Source of the DNA: Eledone cirrhosa
Lineage: Eukaryota
Assembly: GCA_964016885.1 (NCBI GenBank)
Contig: OZ024751.1
Coordinates: forward strand, 31,062,001 to 31,126,000
Reading direction: 5' to 3'
DNA: 64,000 nucleotides
The position numbers and the translations under genes were made by a program. Shown in pieces: positions 1-12,293 of this stretch; position 1 is the stretch's first letter; every line of letters starts with the position of its first letter. The notes below the pieces were generated by a model, which saw nothing but the letters and a program-made list of their open reading frames with translations, searched no databases and was not told the origin of the DNA.

Positions 1-457
1 AAACTTGTCAAAGTGTTAAGAGGACTTTTCAGTTTGTGTCATAGACAAGACAACTTCCTGGTGCTGGTTATTTACACAATAACCAATCACCCAGTGCACA
101 TTGTAAAGTGGTTGGTGATAGGAAGGGCATTCAGCTGTAGAAAACCAGCCTAACAAAAGGTTGGGAGAACTTTTCAGCTATACTAAAGACATGATAACTT
201 TCCTAGTGTTGTTGCCACAATAAAATGTACTCGGTAGAATATGTCAGGCTCCACTTGAGTTCCTGACTGATCCAACCCATGCTGGAAGGGAAAATGGATG
301 TTAAATGATGATATTCCAAACCTATAGCTGCTCTACTATAAATGGAAGTTTATTTCGTTCTTTAAATAATTACAACTTACAGGAAAATGAAGTCAGACAA
401 TAAAAATATTTGTATAAGAAAGAATGAATGGAATAGAATTTTATAACTTTTACTGAC

Positions 458-525
458 CTGAAAAACCTTTCCTCCAAACTGGACTGCCACAGTTATTGCA
501 GATATCTTCTGTTTTCGAGCATTCC
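458..525 (-). CDS. GET1: GET1/WRB coding exon 3 (GNARKQKISAITVAVQFGGKVFQ); gene continues beyond the left edge
   Basis: Flanked by tag acceptor and gtcagt donor. Phase 1 to 0 fits exon 2. The translation resembles the segment after the coiled coil and the start of the next TM helix in WRB. Confidence 0.75.
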
Positions 526-655
526 CTATAAAATGGTAGATTGTACATAGTTAGATTTATTCAATTGTTATATGTAAATACAAGCAGCCAAAGTGTTGTT
601 CCTCTGAATTCTTTGGAGTAACATTACTCGATTGAGTGCATAGCTCAGAGATCAG

Positions 656-935
656 AGAGTCGCTCCACTACTTCTCTGAATTGAGAAATCACAGCTCCGA
701 TACTATGGACATGTGGTTGGAAAGTCTGGGGAAAGAATCGCTGGACAGATTTTATGGGCAAACCCAACTGGCAGGAGACCCAGGGGTAGACCTCAAGCAA
801 GATAGTTAGATAACATCAATGAGCTTGGCTGGTCTCACTTAGAAACAGTTGCTTCTGACAAGACCCGCTGAAAAGAGTGTTTGAGGACTTCCCTCACGAT
901 CCTCTCAGGAATAAGTAGGTGAAGAAGAAGAAGAC
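656..935 (+). mobile_element. RTE-clade LINE 3' fragment (copy A) in GET1 intron
   Basis: Degenerate IEKSQLRYYGHV...RRPRGRP..RW C-terminal RTE motif ending in (GAA)n. Paralogous to 2705-3000. Confidence 0.7.
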
Positions 936-1641
936 ATCAAATGACAAATGGTATTATGTACATACATAAATATATATGCCAGAAAAGTGCCCAGTCCACA
1001 CTATAAAGTGGTCATGTTGGTGTCAATACAAAAAGTGCCCAGTCCACCCTGTACAGTGGTAATTTTGGTGCCATGATAAAAGGCCACACTGTAAATGTGG
1101 TTAGCATTAGGAAGGGCATTTAGCTGTAGAAAGCAAGCCAGAAACAGTTCTGGATGAGCAAGACAGTTATCTGACCTGACTCGACACACAACAGGACAAC
1201 TTGCCTAACCCATGCTAGCTTGGAAAAATGGACATTAAACAGTGATGATGATGATGTTAATATGTAATATCTGGAATCTCCCTATGTCTCTTCTCATAAA
1301 TACATATATGAAACAATATTCATAAGTAATCACACATACATATATGTATATTATTTTGTTTTCAGTATCATGATAAAATGCACTTGGTAGTTAGGCTCAA
1401 ACCACTAATTAATAATGGTTTCTAACACTGGTACCAGGCCAACAATTTAGAAGGGGAAAGTCAATTGTATCAACCCCAGTACTTAACTGGAACTTTGTTT
1501 TATTGACTCTGGAAGGATGAAAGATTTGAAGTCAGAAAGTAGGAAGTTGCAACTAAAGACCACAAAGCCACATTGTCCGACACTCAACCGATTCTGCCAA
1601 TTCACCCCCCTCCCTCTGTATAAAAATAACAAAGTCTTTAC

Positions 1642-1807
1642 CCTTTTCTTTGATATCTTGACCAACTTTATCAATCCTACGCTGCAGTTTAAAAAACCTG
1701 GCAAATTCTTCAGACATACTGACGCTGGTTTGTTCAGCTTTCAGGTCTCTTAATTCTGATCTTAAGTTCAGCTCATTTTCATCAGCTTTAAAGAGAACAC
1801 AGCAGAG
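1642..1807 (-). CDS. GET1: GET1/WRB coding exon 2, cytosolic coiled coil (LRSELRDLKAEQTSVSMSEEFARFFKLQRRIDK)
   Basis: tttcag acceptor and gtaaag donor, phase 0 to 1. Matches the CHD5/WRB family motif (vertebrate VNMMDEFARYARLERKINK). Confidence 0.85.
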
Positions 1808-2704
1808 CTGAAATAGATTTAACAACAAAACATTAATTTATTAGGTTATATAATATTTGCAATAAAAAAAAAAGAAAAAAATTAATTAGCGAAAGTAACA
1901 CTGAGCTAAACCTGATCATCAAACGGGCCCTGGCTCGGGTAAATATCCCTAGTTCTGGAACCGGCTGGTTTATCCTCCAGAAGTGATGGGAAGAAATCAG
2001 ACGGTCTTACACTTTGTCCTTGGATGAGAGGTAGGTGTCTCATCTGGGATTTCACAGTCAGTGATTCTTTTGCTCCCATTTACATCATGGACGCCACGAT
2101 GAATGTGAGGAATTACTGCTTCTGCTGCTGAACGGAATAAAATTCGGAAATACCGGGACTTATCAAATAATTATTTTTTCCATCCTGTGTCGTTTAAGAC
2201 GTTCAGTGGAGTTGAACCGCTGACAACGAAGTTCTTGTCATCACTGGCGGCTCACCTTACTGATGTGTGAAGTGATGCCCGTGAGGGTGCCTGATTATTT
2301 CAGTGCCTTAGACTCGTGGTAATGAGCCAAGCATGTTGGCTTGCCTCAAGTGTATAGTAAACCCCTAAAGTGTGAGGTGCGGCTGATTATCACACTTGGT
2401 GGTGAATTATGCCCCCCTCCCCTCGTTTTTCCTTTCCTTTATCATTTTTGTTCAATGAATTATTGTTATTATACACAGTTTAGACATATTTGTAATGTCC
2501 TTCTGAATGAATTGCGAGCAATTTATAATGTTATTTACGCATTTGTAATGTTATTTATGTATATATTTAAAACATATTTGCAATGTTATTCTACTGTAAA
2601 TTTATAGTTTCCTAATATAAACGGGATATGGGCGTTTGAGTCTAATCTTCAATGTTATAGATACCAATTTTATCTATCTATGTTGGACCAGGCACCCACA
2701 CGGA

Positions 2705-3000
2705 TATCGCCACTACTTCCCCGAATTGAGAAATCACAGCTCCGATACTATGGACATGTGGTTGGAATGTCTGGGAAAAGAATCGCTGGACAGATTTTAC
2801 GGACAAAACCAACCGACAGGAGACCCAGGGGTAACCTCTGAGCAAGATGGTTGGATAACATCCATGAGCTTAGTAGGTGTAGCTTGAATATCCAGCCGGA
2901 TTAGTTGGAAACGATTGCTTCTGACAGGACCTGTTGGAAAAATTGTTTGGGGACTCTGCCCTCATGACTCTCTCAGTAATAAGTAGGCGAAGAAGAAGAG
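2705..3000 (+). mobile_element. RTE-clade LINE 3' fragment (copy B) in GET1 intron
   Basis: Translates to PLLPRIEKSQLRYYGHVVGMSGKRIAGQILRTKPTDRRPRG, followed by a GAAGAAGA tail. Closely similar to 656-935. Confidence 0.7.
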
Positions 3001-3149
3001 ATTGGGAGTGTGTGGAGTTCAGACTTCGACAAACAAACGTAAAAGATAAATCAGATATGTAAACAAAAATAAACTGTAATTTAACGATTGCTAGCGTTAA
3101 AGGAAAGGTTGGTACATTCAAGAGAAAGAAAGAGAAGTGACTGACTCAC

Positions 3150-3230
3150 CCATCTTGAGATAACAGAACCATATTTAGGTAAATATGTCATGAAGAAAAT
3201 TACACAAAAGACGAGGGTGGCCAGAAACAT
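3150..3230 (-). CDS. GET1: GET1/WRB coding exon 1 (MFLATLVFCVIFFMTYLPKYGSVISRW, N-terminal TM helix)
   Basis: ATG at 3230, 27 mostly hydrophobic codons, then a gtgagt donor in phase 0 that joins exon 2 in frame. Confidence 0.75.
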
Positions 3231-6200
3231 CTTCGGAGGATTTTTGAGAAATGGACGAAACTACGGCGTCAAGGGAGATAATTAGGATATCTCAGGAAAC
3301 GGGATTTAATTAATTCTGTTTTTGTGGAGCTCTCTCTTTCTCTTTGTTTCTTTATAAGCTGGCGTGTTATTCAATTCTTTTTGCGAGGTGTTCTATAGAT
3401 TTCTTTACAAACAGATATTTATAAAAGACATCGAAACAAATGTCTGCACGCTATTATGTATGTATGTAAGTGGCAATGAAGATCAGCTGGCGGCGGAGGG
3501 TATTTCAAGACGACCCGAAGAACATTAGCATCACCTGGAATGGATGCGAAACAGCAGCAGTGGATCGTGTATGCTGGAGGAAGAAATTAGAACCAATAAT
3601 AACACACACACAGAGACCACCACCACCTGTAACCCTATCGCTACCACAATGATATATGCCTGAGTAGATATAGTAGATATAGTATTCTGTGGAATGTGCT
3701 ATAGGTTTCTTTATACGCAGACAGCTAATCTTTTCCAGATAGCGGCTGTTGTGGTATATCGCTCACCACAAATTGGACCACACCACTAGAAGAAGAATTT
3801 AATTAACAGAGTTTCCGTTAGAGGAAGACCAAGGTTAACATATGTTGATGTCCTAAGGACAGACACTGGTCTCTTATGAAGGACAGAGACCGCTGGAGAG
3901 AACTTGTCCATGGATCGCGGGAATTTTAGACGCCCTAGATATATATATAATTTTAGACGCCTATATATATATACACTGTACACGTGTATTAGTATTGTTA
4001 TTATTATCTCATGCGTTTTTATCACCAATACGAGATTAAGAAAGCAATTAAAAACATGATCATACTAACATATTTAGAGTCAATAGAAAATCAGCGTTGT
4101 AAAAAACAAAGGCCATGTATATTGAAACAAATTATTGGAGGGGCTTAAGTGCCGGAAGGCTTGATATAGTACAGACTTCGCCATATATTACACTAATCAA
4201 ATTATTATTACACCTATAGTAGAAATCATCATTATTTTAAATGATTGAGGAAAACGAAAATCGAAATTAACAGGTTCCGACTATGATTTTAGATTTTGTA
4301 GACTCTAGCAACAAAGTCTACCAAAGTCTAAATATGGCCCTGGGTGCTGAAGTTTCTAATACTTGCCTCAGGGTGATAGCTAGGCTAAGGCACTGCAATG
4401 ACCAAGTACCCTCGCAGGCATCACCTGATATAACAGGTGAGCTTCCAACAATGACAAGAACACCCTCAGCAGCCCAGCCTCCCAAATTCCAATTTTCCTG
4501 CAAAGAGGCAAGAAACATGTCTTGGGTAAATATGTATAATAATACACAAAAAAGTTAAAATAAGATATATTAGCTACATAGTAGAGTAGATATAAGTAAT
4601 ACATATAAAGCTCCTTATCTCGTCTATATCGACCTGTTGGTTGGAACAGAACATGGTAAATACTTGTATTTATTGTAATTTAAATGTTGGACCAAATAAC
4701 AGAAAATATTCTATATATTGACTAATGAAATTTAGAATCAGACAAGTATGACATTAGGAAATTATCATTAAAATCTTTGAACTGTGAAAACTTCTTGCAT
4801 TCTTGTTCACATTCCATATTTCACCATGACAATTTAAGCTAATTCAATTGACTTTGTTTTTTTATTTAAAGGTTATATGAAATTCCAAAGAAATTCCTGA
4901 AAAATTCCATAAACTAAGATGAATCTCAGACGAGTAATATATTTATGATTCCATTTTTATCAAGGATGTATTATAGCTACAGAGTCGTTAGAATGTTGGA
5001 TAGAATGCTTTGCGGTATTTATTCCAGCTCTCTGCTCTCTGAGTTCAAATCTCACCAAGGTCAACTTTGCCTTTCTAGATCGATAAAAAAAGTATCAATC
5101 AAGTACTGGGATTTCTCTATATCCCTTTCTCATTTCCATTCTCTCTCTCTCCCTCTCCTTCTCTGGAAGAAATCTGTTGTATTCAAACCTGGAGAGAAGA
5201 CGGTCTCCGCAAGGTTTATAAATGCCCAAGAAATGTATGTCAATCCGGGTACCCCCTACGACTCCCACAGGAGTTACAGGATCATATACCATACCATTAT
5301 TGCTATAATAAGAACATAGAAACATGAAGTGCCGTAACTAAATACAAAAATATATATATTTTGCCTGACAATTTAACCAACACTTTGATTCTGCCAATCC
5401 AGTGAGATTGTCAATAAACTTCTGTTCAGATTCCACTTTAACAATACCACGGTAATGTGCTGTAGTGACCAGAAAAATTCCAATATTTTCATGATTTAAG
5501 TGGATGTTAGTTTTGATGTTTAACTTGACTGTGTGGTGGTATTGGTGGAGTTCTGCCATTAATTTAGTGTGTGGGTGGGGGGTGGGGGAGTGACTAGTCA
5601 TCAGAACAGATGAATAAATACAATAAATAACAATTAGAAATTTAGATGATATCTAACAGGAAGCAGCTTGTTTATTGTTGCTGCTATTTCTCTCTCCTGT
5701 TTTCAGATAAAATGTTTTTTTAATTTTTTTAATTTATTTATTTTTAAATATAGTTTCTGTTTTAGGGATGTTTCCTTTTACTAAGTCACTAATTCTCTGG
5801 AGAAATGCATAAATGCCACAACATCTGTTCCCTGGTAAGTATAAATACTTTGGGTTTGGGTTTAAATTGTCTTAATAATTGGTGGTGAAAATAAATGAAT
5901 TTCTGTGTGTTATTTTTAACATTACCTGCCTTCATAATAATAATGGTTTCTGATTTAGGCACAAGGCCAACAATTTTGGGAGAGAGGAAAAACAATTCAA
6001 TTGACCCCAGTGCATTACTGGTGCTTTATTTTATCACCCCGTCAGGATGAAAGCCAAAGCTAACCTCGGCGGGATTTGAACTCAGACCGCAAAGGGCCGC
6101 AACTCTATATTACAAAGCATGGTTTCTGACACTCTTACTGGCAAAATAGCCTCTTCTATAAAAATTACTAAAAGTGTCCCAAGCACTTGGAGTATTCATA

Positions 6201-9200
6201 TAAATTAACGCCAGCCAAGAGTTTATTATTTAGTCCTAATCTCCTCAGTTTTCTAAGGTTGAGGCTGTGGAACATACGAGAGCTGCCAGAACAATTCCAT
6301 AGAAATGAAACCATACTGTATATGTGGTGTAATAAATATATATATACATATATATATATTAGGTCTGAACATAATGGAATCAAATACCCATTGTCATTGC
6401 CTCCGTCTCTCTCGCTCTCCCCATCTGAAATTAATGCATGCAAGATTTCACAGCACTAGCATCGTTCCTTCATAGTCAGCCTATGAACTTTCGCATGTGT
6501 ATGTGTGTAAAATGAAAATCTGGGAGAAAGAGGGCTGTCATGTTTCAGGGATTCTTAAAACTATTTTCGCCCCCTCCCCTTAAAGAGTATTGGCCATATT
6601 CATTTGTGCCTCTTATCTTCTTACATTCCAGGTGAACTTAGACGAAGGAGTGGTTCATATTTTACTATGGAATACAACTATTACTAGATAGTAAAAGACG
6701 ATAGAAGGACACTTCTCTATCTTTTTACATTCTCTCTCACTACAACTCTCTGTTACTTTCTTTCTCTCTCTTTCACTATAATCTGTTACTCATCTCCTTC
6801 TCCCCTTCTCTCACTAGACATATCTGTTACTCATCTCATATCTCTCTCCCTCTCGCTACACATTTATCTGTTACTCATCTGTCTCCCTCTCACTGCATAT
6901 CTATCTGTCTCTCTCTCTCTTCAGTTGTTACACCCACTTTGTAGCTTCCTCTGCCCTAATTTTCGGTAAGGGTTTTGTGTTGTTCCATTTCTCCCACCCC
7001 TAATTTGTACATCTGTCGGTCTGTTGCATGCCTTCCCCCTTCTCTCTCTGCATCCTTTCGTATTCTTTACACCCCAACCTCATATGTGTACGTCTATCTC
7101 TCTTACCTAACTTAACCAACCCTAACCTCTTTCATCTTCCCATCTCACACATTATATATATATATATATATATATAATGTGTGTGTATACATAATAAAAA
7201 GTGAGAGAGGCGCAACAGACGAAGGAAGGGAGGGAGAAAGAGAGAGAAAGAGTGTTACAGATCTGGAGACCAGATACTTTACAAGACGTCCCAACAAGAA
7301 TTTAATTTTTAACGTAAGTTAACATGTTTCTTACACATCTCTCTCTCTTTCCTATAAAACCAATCGATTTCAGTTTCTTAGTTTTGTCGATTACTTTTAC
7401 ATCACGTTTTGTCTATTTTGCATTATTTTCAATGCTTGAAACTGAACAAGTTTTTCTAATTAAAGATAGTTTTGTTGGGATATCGACTTCAGGTGACATC
7501 GAAAACTTAAAAAGAACATTTCAAAACTGACTTTTACGATGTTTTATACTTGTTCATTACTTCATGTGTGTCTATCTATCTAATTGTCCCCTTCTTTTGT
7601 GCCCCTGTGGCTAATAAAGAAATATATCTTATATATATATATATATATAGCATGAGGTTAAAATAATATATAACTCAATTTGTAGGTGGGAATTGACTAT
7701 GGTAAGGTTTCTGTTAAATTAAATATAATTTTAAATACCTCCGAAGAAAATGTAATACCTTGTTTTATTTTATTTATTTATTTTATCTATTTTTCGCTTA
7801 TGCAACTATTTGTATAATGTAGAACCGGTATTAACTATAGAAGCATGTGTAAGGTATAAAACTCGTTTTAAAACTACTTATCCATCTCTCTTTTTGTTAA
7901 TATATAAATATAGAGAGAGAGTGACAATAAGAATTGCAGCTTTTTGTAGACTTTATTTCAATTGTTTCTATATCGCTCATGCGATCGGATCCAGACTCTT
8001 AATATATACTTATACACACCCAGTCATTAAAAACAACAACAAAAGGCCGGACTGGAAATTTTATAATTTTAATTCTGTGAAAACACTATCTATACATATT
8101 TCAACTGCCCAGTTTCATCATTTTTATTTATATCATTCAATTACTTATATAAGAGAACGGGATTTTGCCGAACATAAACAGAGAATAGATAGAAAATAAG
8201 AGGACCGATTTTAATTCGTGGGTGGTCCGCCGATTCCGTGTTATTGTAACGGCAGGTCATCCCCGAATATATATAATTTTATTTTAAAAGTTAAAATTCT
8301 TTTATTATATCGAATATACGATGTACTCCAAAACAAATTAGAAACACAAATATTTAATTTTAATTACGATTGACTAACTAATACTACACTAGTTACTCAT
8401 ATTACTGTTGTCATTAATACTAGGTCTTCTATAGTTACTAACACTATAGTCGTTACTAACATTAATATTACAGTACTTACTAACATTAATATTACAGTAC
8501 TTACTAAACACTACAGTAGTCACTAGTAGTACTAATACTACTTACCAACAATTCATTTGTATGTCAGTGCGCTGTAAAGATTACTTTATAAGGAAATAGA
8601 GTTTGATTCGTAACAAACAATTGTCTCGTTTAGGTGTTGCCCATGAGGGTGCCTGGGTGTTTCAGTGCCTTACCCTCGCCATCACCCGTTGTAATGCTGC
8701 GATCGTGTTGGCTTATCTCAAAATATTCTGTTGACCCTGGTGATGTGCGGCCGATTATCGCACTTGGTCAGACATTGACGGTCGATTTGGTTTTCCTTTT
8801 TTATTTCTTTCTCTCGCTCTGGTCGGATATTTTGGTGCGTCGGACACCATGCTGTACAGCATAGAGTCACGGCCCGAGTTCAAATCTCGCTGAGGTCAGT
8901 TTTGCCTTCCACCCTTACGTGGTCGATAGAATAAAGTACCAGTAATGCATGCAATTTATACAACTGAATAAAATTTACATATAAATAAAGATTTAAATCG
9001 ATTTTCAATGTGAAATGGTGAGACAGTGGCATTCGTGCTTTCCTTATCAAACGAAAATGACATGAACTCGTTCCAAAGATGTGACAGCTACTTCGAAATA
9101 AAACATGGGCTTACGTGTTGATCAAATAAAATGAAGTCGGGATAGGAAAAATTTATTTATTAAAATATAGATTTAAATATTTATAATAAAGTTACTTTTT

Positions 9201-9743
9201 GTTTCGGCATTATGCGATGCATATTTATCACACCCACCCCTTCTCTCTCTGTATGTGTGTCTATATATATTTATATATATGTATGTATATGTTATATATA
9301 TATATATAAATTAGCTTTGAGCTGACTAGTGGATTCGCCTGGAGCTCTCGTAATGCTTGTTCCATTTGTCTGCCCTTCTCTACAACTCTCTCTATATATA
9401 TATTACGTTATAATTTACATCACTTAGAAAATATTTATTTCAATATCTTCAGAGTGTAGAGGCTTTGGATACAGCGCGAGATATGTATTCTAGCAGACTT
9501 AAAGGTCCTGATGAAGGAAACCATGGTCTTAATTGAGTCTTCGCTCCAATCGATGGTTGGTGATTGATACTAACCATTGTAATCGATGGTGACTTTTGGT
9601 CCCAGAAACAGATGTCAATGAGTGGATGTCATATTTGGAAGTACTACCATTTAGATATATTCGTTATGCGAGTAATATATATTTTTTTTTATTTAACACC
9701 TTAAATTGTATATATATATTAAAGCTTGGTTAGTTTCTCGATG

Positions 9744-9789
<46 letters not shown>

Positions 9790-10310
9790 TTAAAATTATC
9801 TTCCTGGGTCTACCTCCAAGGCTTCCATCAATTTTTATGGCCCTGCACCTTTGTATGCAGCTGTCATCCTTCATATGCATCACATGACCACACCAGTGCA
9901 CTCCTCTCTAGCATATTGCATCTGATCTTTCTTATACCTAATTTCTCTTAGTTCATGTATATTACTATTATACATGCTTATGTGTATAACGTTTGTTTTT
10001 GTAAGAGTTTTGATGTGAAATCCTGTGTTGATATTGTTATGCTTGGGGATGGCTATGTTGCCAAATTTGACAATAAAAACACGCAGACTATTTATTTTCA
10101 CTTCAACTTTATTAGTTTATCAGTTTTTTCGTGACTTATTTTGTGACTTCCTCTGATACCTGTGTTTATTACTATAATAAATCGGATTTTTTTTTCAACT
10201 TAAATAAATGAAACGAGGAATGACTAAAAATTCAAAATAATTTACGTAATTTAGAGTTGTTTTTATCTTAAATTATCTTTGTTTTCTTCTTCTAGCGTTA
10301 AAATAAGAAA

Positions 10311-12293
10311 ATGTCTGATTTAATTGATAACTGGCGAGATGAGTTGCTAATGAACATCCAGAATGATAGTAAATGGAAGAACTGGACAAAAACATTTAGT
10401 TCTGCTGAGACTGATAAAGATAGATTTGCTGCTGTTTATAATTTACCATTTATTGATAAAGTAATTAGAATTGAAGAAATGTCAATAGGGAAGTCAGCTT
10501 CTGATTCCACAGAGATGAGAAACAAAGGAAACACAGCATATGTTAAGAAAAATTATAGACAAGCATTTGATTTCTATACACGAAGTATCCAAAAAGCTCC
10601 TGGAATTGGAGATATGCTTGCACTGGGCTATGCCAATAGATCAGCTGTTTATTTTGACATGAAAAAATACCATCTATGTTTAAAGGATATCGAGTTAGCT
10701 CTTAAGAATGAATATCCTAAAAAACTCATGCATAAACTGTTAGAAAGACAGGGAAGATGCAAGTATGAAATTGGTTTCAATGACAAAGCCATCAAATATT
10801 TTGAAGAAGCCATAAAAAGTTTAGCAGAATCCAACTTGGAGAAAGATCGGCAAACTGAACGACAAACCAAGCTTGAAGCATTGATTAAAGAATGTCTAAA
10901 TAAACCAAATGATGTTGTAAAAGTTGAAGAAAGCAATGAGTTTATGGGTCCTCTTCCTAATATTGAAGGAGAAAGGTGCAGTCAGTTGCCATCTGCTTCA
11001 GATGCATTGTGTATGAAATATTCCCAAAGTAAAGGAAGATATATTTCTGCTACAAGAGATATAAATGTTGGTGAAGTTGTTGTTATTGAGAAACCATACA
11101 GTTTTGTTGTAAATAGTGATTATCATTCTAGCCATTGTTATCACTGTTGTAAAAGAGCTGAACATCCAATGCCATGTTGTTCATGTGCAGAAGTTATTTA
11201 CTGCAGTACAGCTTGCCAAGAAGATTCTTGGACTGAATACCATTCTGTGGAATGTTCCATATTACTGTCAATCAAATTGTTAGACTTTGATCTGAATCAT
11301 CTGGCTTTGAGGATGGTCGTAAAGGCAACGTATGATTATATCAAGAATTTTGAGGAAAATTTTGCTCATGAGAAATCTACAAAACCTTCAGAATTAGGTT
11401 TTAATAAATTAGGGCAGTTTGATTCTGATGATTATTGGTCTGTTTATAACCTTGTTAACCATGCTGAACAAAGAACTTTCTCTGATCTCTTTCGACGAAC
11501 ATTAACTTCAGTTTATCTTTTAAAATGTCTGGAGAGAACTAATTTCTTTCCTAAAATACATAACTGCGAAGACATTCATCTTGTTGCAGGCAGTCATATT
11601 CTTCGCCATCTTCAAATGTTACCTTGTAATGCTCATGAGATAACCGAACTACGTATCAACCCAAAGGAGCCTTTAAAGTCCAGTGCTGATGGCATTGGTT
11701 CTGCTATTTATGCCACACTTAGTTTATTCAACCATTCTTGTGATCCAAATGTAGTGAGACACACATATAGTAATATCTGTGTTGTGCGAGCCATCCATCA
11801 CATTCCCAAAGGAACGGAAGTTGTTGATAGTTACAGCATTCTATATCCAGTTGACAACAAGGACAAGAGAGAGGCTGAACTTGGCCGTCAATATTTCTTT
11901 GATTGTTCCTGTGTAGCCTGTATTAATGACTGGCCATTGTATGATGACATTCCTAACCACTCACCTTATTTTAAATGTGAAAAATGCTATCATGCTCTTG
12001 GCCAGTTTGAAAATGAAGACCAGGATTTTGACTGCAGAAATTGTGGTGCAAGACAAGTTTTATCTTACAGAGTGAAGGAACTGATGAAAATCGAGCCGAA
12101 ATTTGATTCTATATTTAATGATGTCCTTTCTGGAGATTATTCAGATGAAATTTTTACTTTTCTTTTAAACCATTTATCTTTACTAGAGTCATGGATGTGT
12201 CGACCATGGCAAGACCTGAACAAATGTCAAGAGGCCTTGAAACAGATTTATAGCTACAAAGCAAATCATTTTATTTGTAACGATAAAAAATGA
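10311..12293 (+). CDS. SMYD4: SET and MYND domain-containing protein 4-like lysine methyltransferase (TPR + split SET + MYND + post-SET), single coding exon, 660 aa
   Basis: N-terminal TPRs (MRNKGNTAY...YANRSAVY), SET-N KGRYISATRDINVGEVV, MYND finger CYHC..CCSC...YCS..C...H..EC, NHSCDPN, post-SET YFFDCSCVAC and an extra CxxC-CxxC. Polypyrimidine/AG acceptor at 10294-10295 just before the ATG. AATAAA motifs at about 12383-12396. Confidence 0.92.
   Translation: MSDLIDNWRDELLMNIQNDSKWKNWTKTFSSAETDKDRFAAVYNLPFIDKVIRIEEMSIGKSASDSTEMRNKGNTAYVKKNYRQAFDFYTRSIQKAPGIGDMLALGYANRSAVYFDMKKYHLCLKDIELALKNEYPKKLMHKLLERQGRCKYEIGFNDKAIKYFEEAIKSLAESNLEKDRQTERQTKLEALIKECLNKPNDVVKVEESNEFMGPLPNIEGERCSQLPSASDALCMKYSQSKGRYISATRDINVGEVVVIEKPYSFVVNSDYHSSHCYHCCKRAEHPMPCCSCAEVIYCSTACQEDSWTEYHSVECSILLSIKLLDFDLNHLALRMVVKATYDYIKNFEENFAHEKSTKPSELGFNKLGQFDSDDYWSVYNLVNHAEQRTFSDLFRRTLTSVYLLKCLERTNFFPKIHNCEDIHLVAGSHILRHLQMLPCNAHEITELRINPKEPLKSSADGIGSAIYATLSLFNHSCDPNVVRHTYSNICVVRAIHHIPKGTEVVDSYSILYPVDNKDKREAELGRQYFFDCSCVACINDWPLYDDIPNHSPYFKCEKCYHALGQFENEDQDFDCRNCGARQVLSYRVKELMKIEPKFDSIFNDVLSGDYSDEIFTFLLNHLSLLESWMCRPWQDLNKCQEALKQIYSYKANHFICNDKK

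Noticed and set aside
6532-7291. TIR element bounded by GGGCTGTCATGT / ACAAGACGTCCC
   Set aside because: The terminal match is imperfect and there is no clear TSD, so it cannot be supported from one copy.
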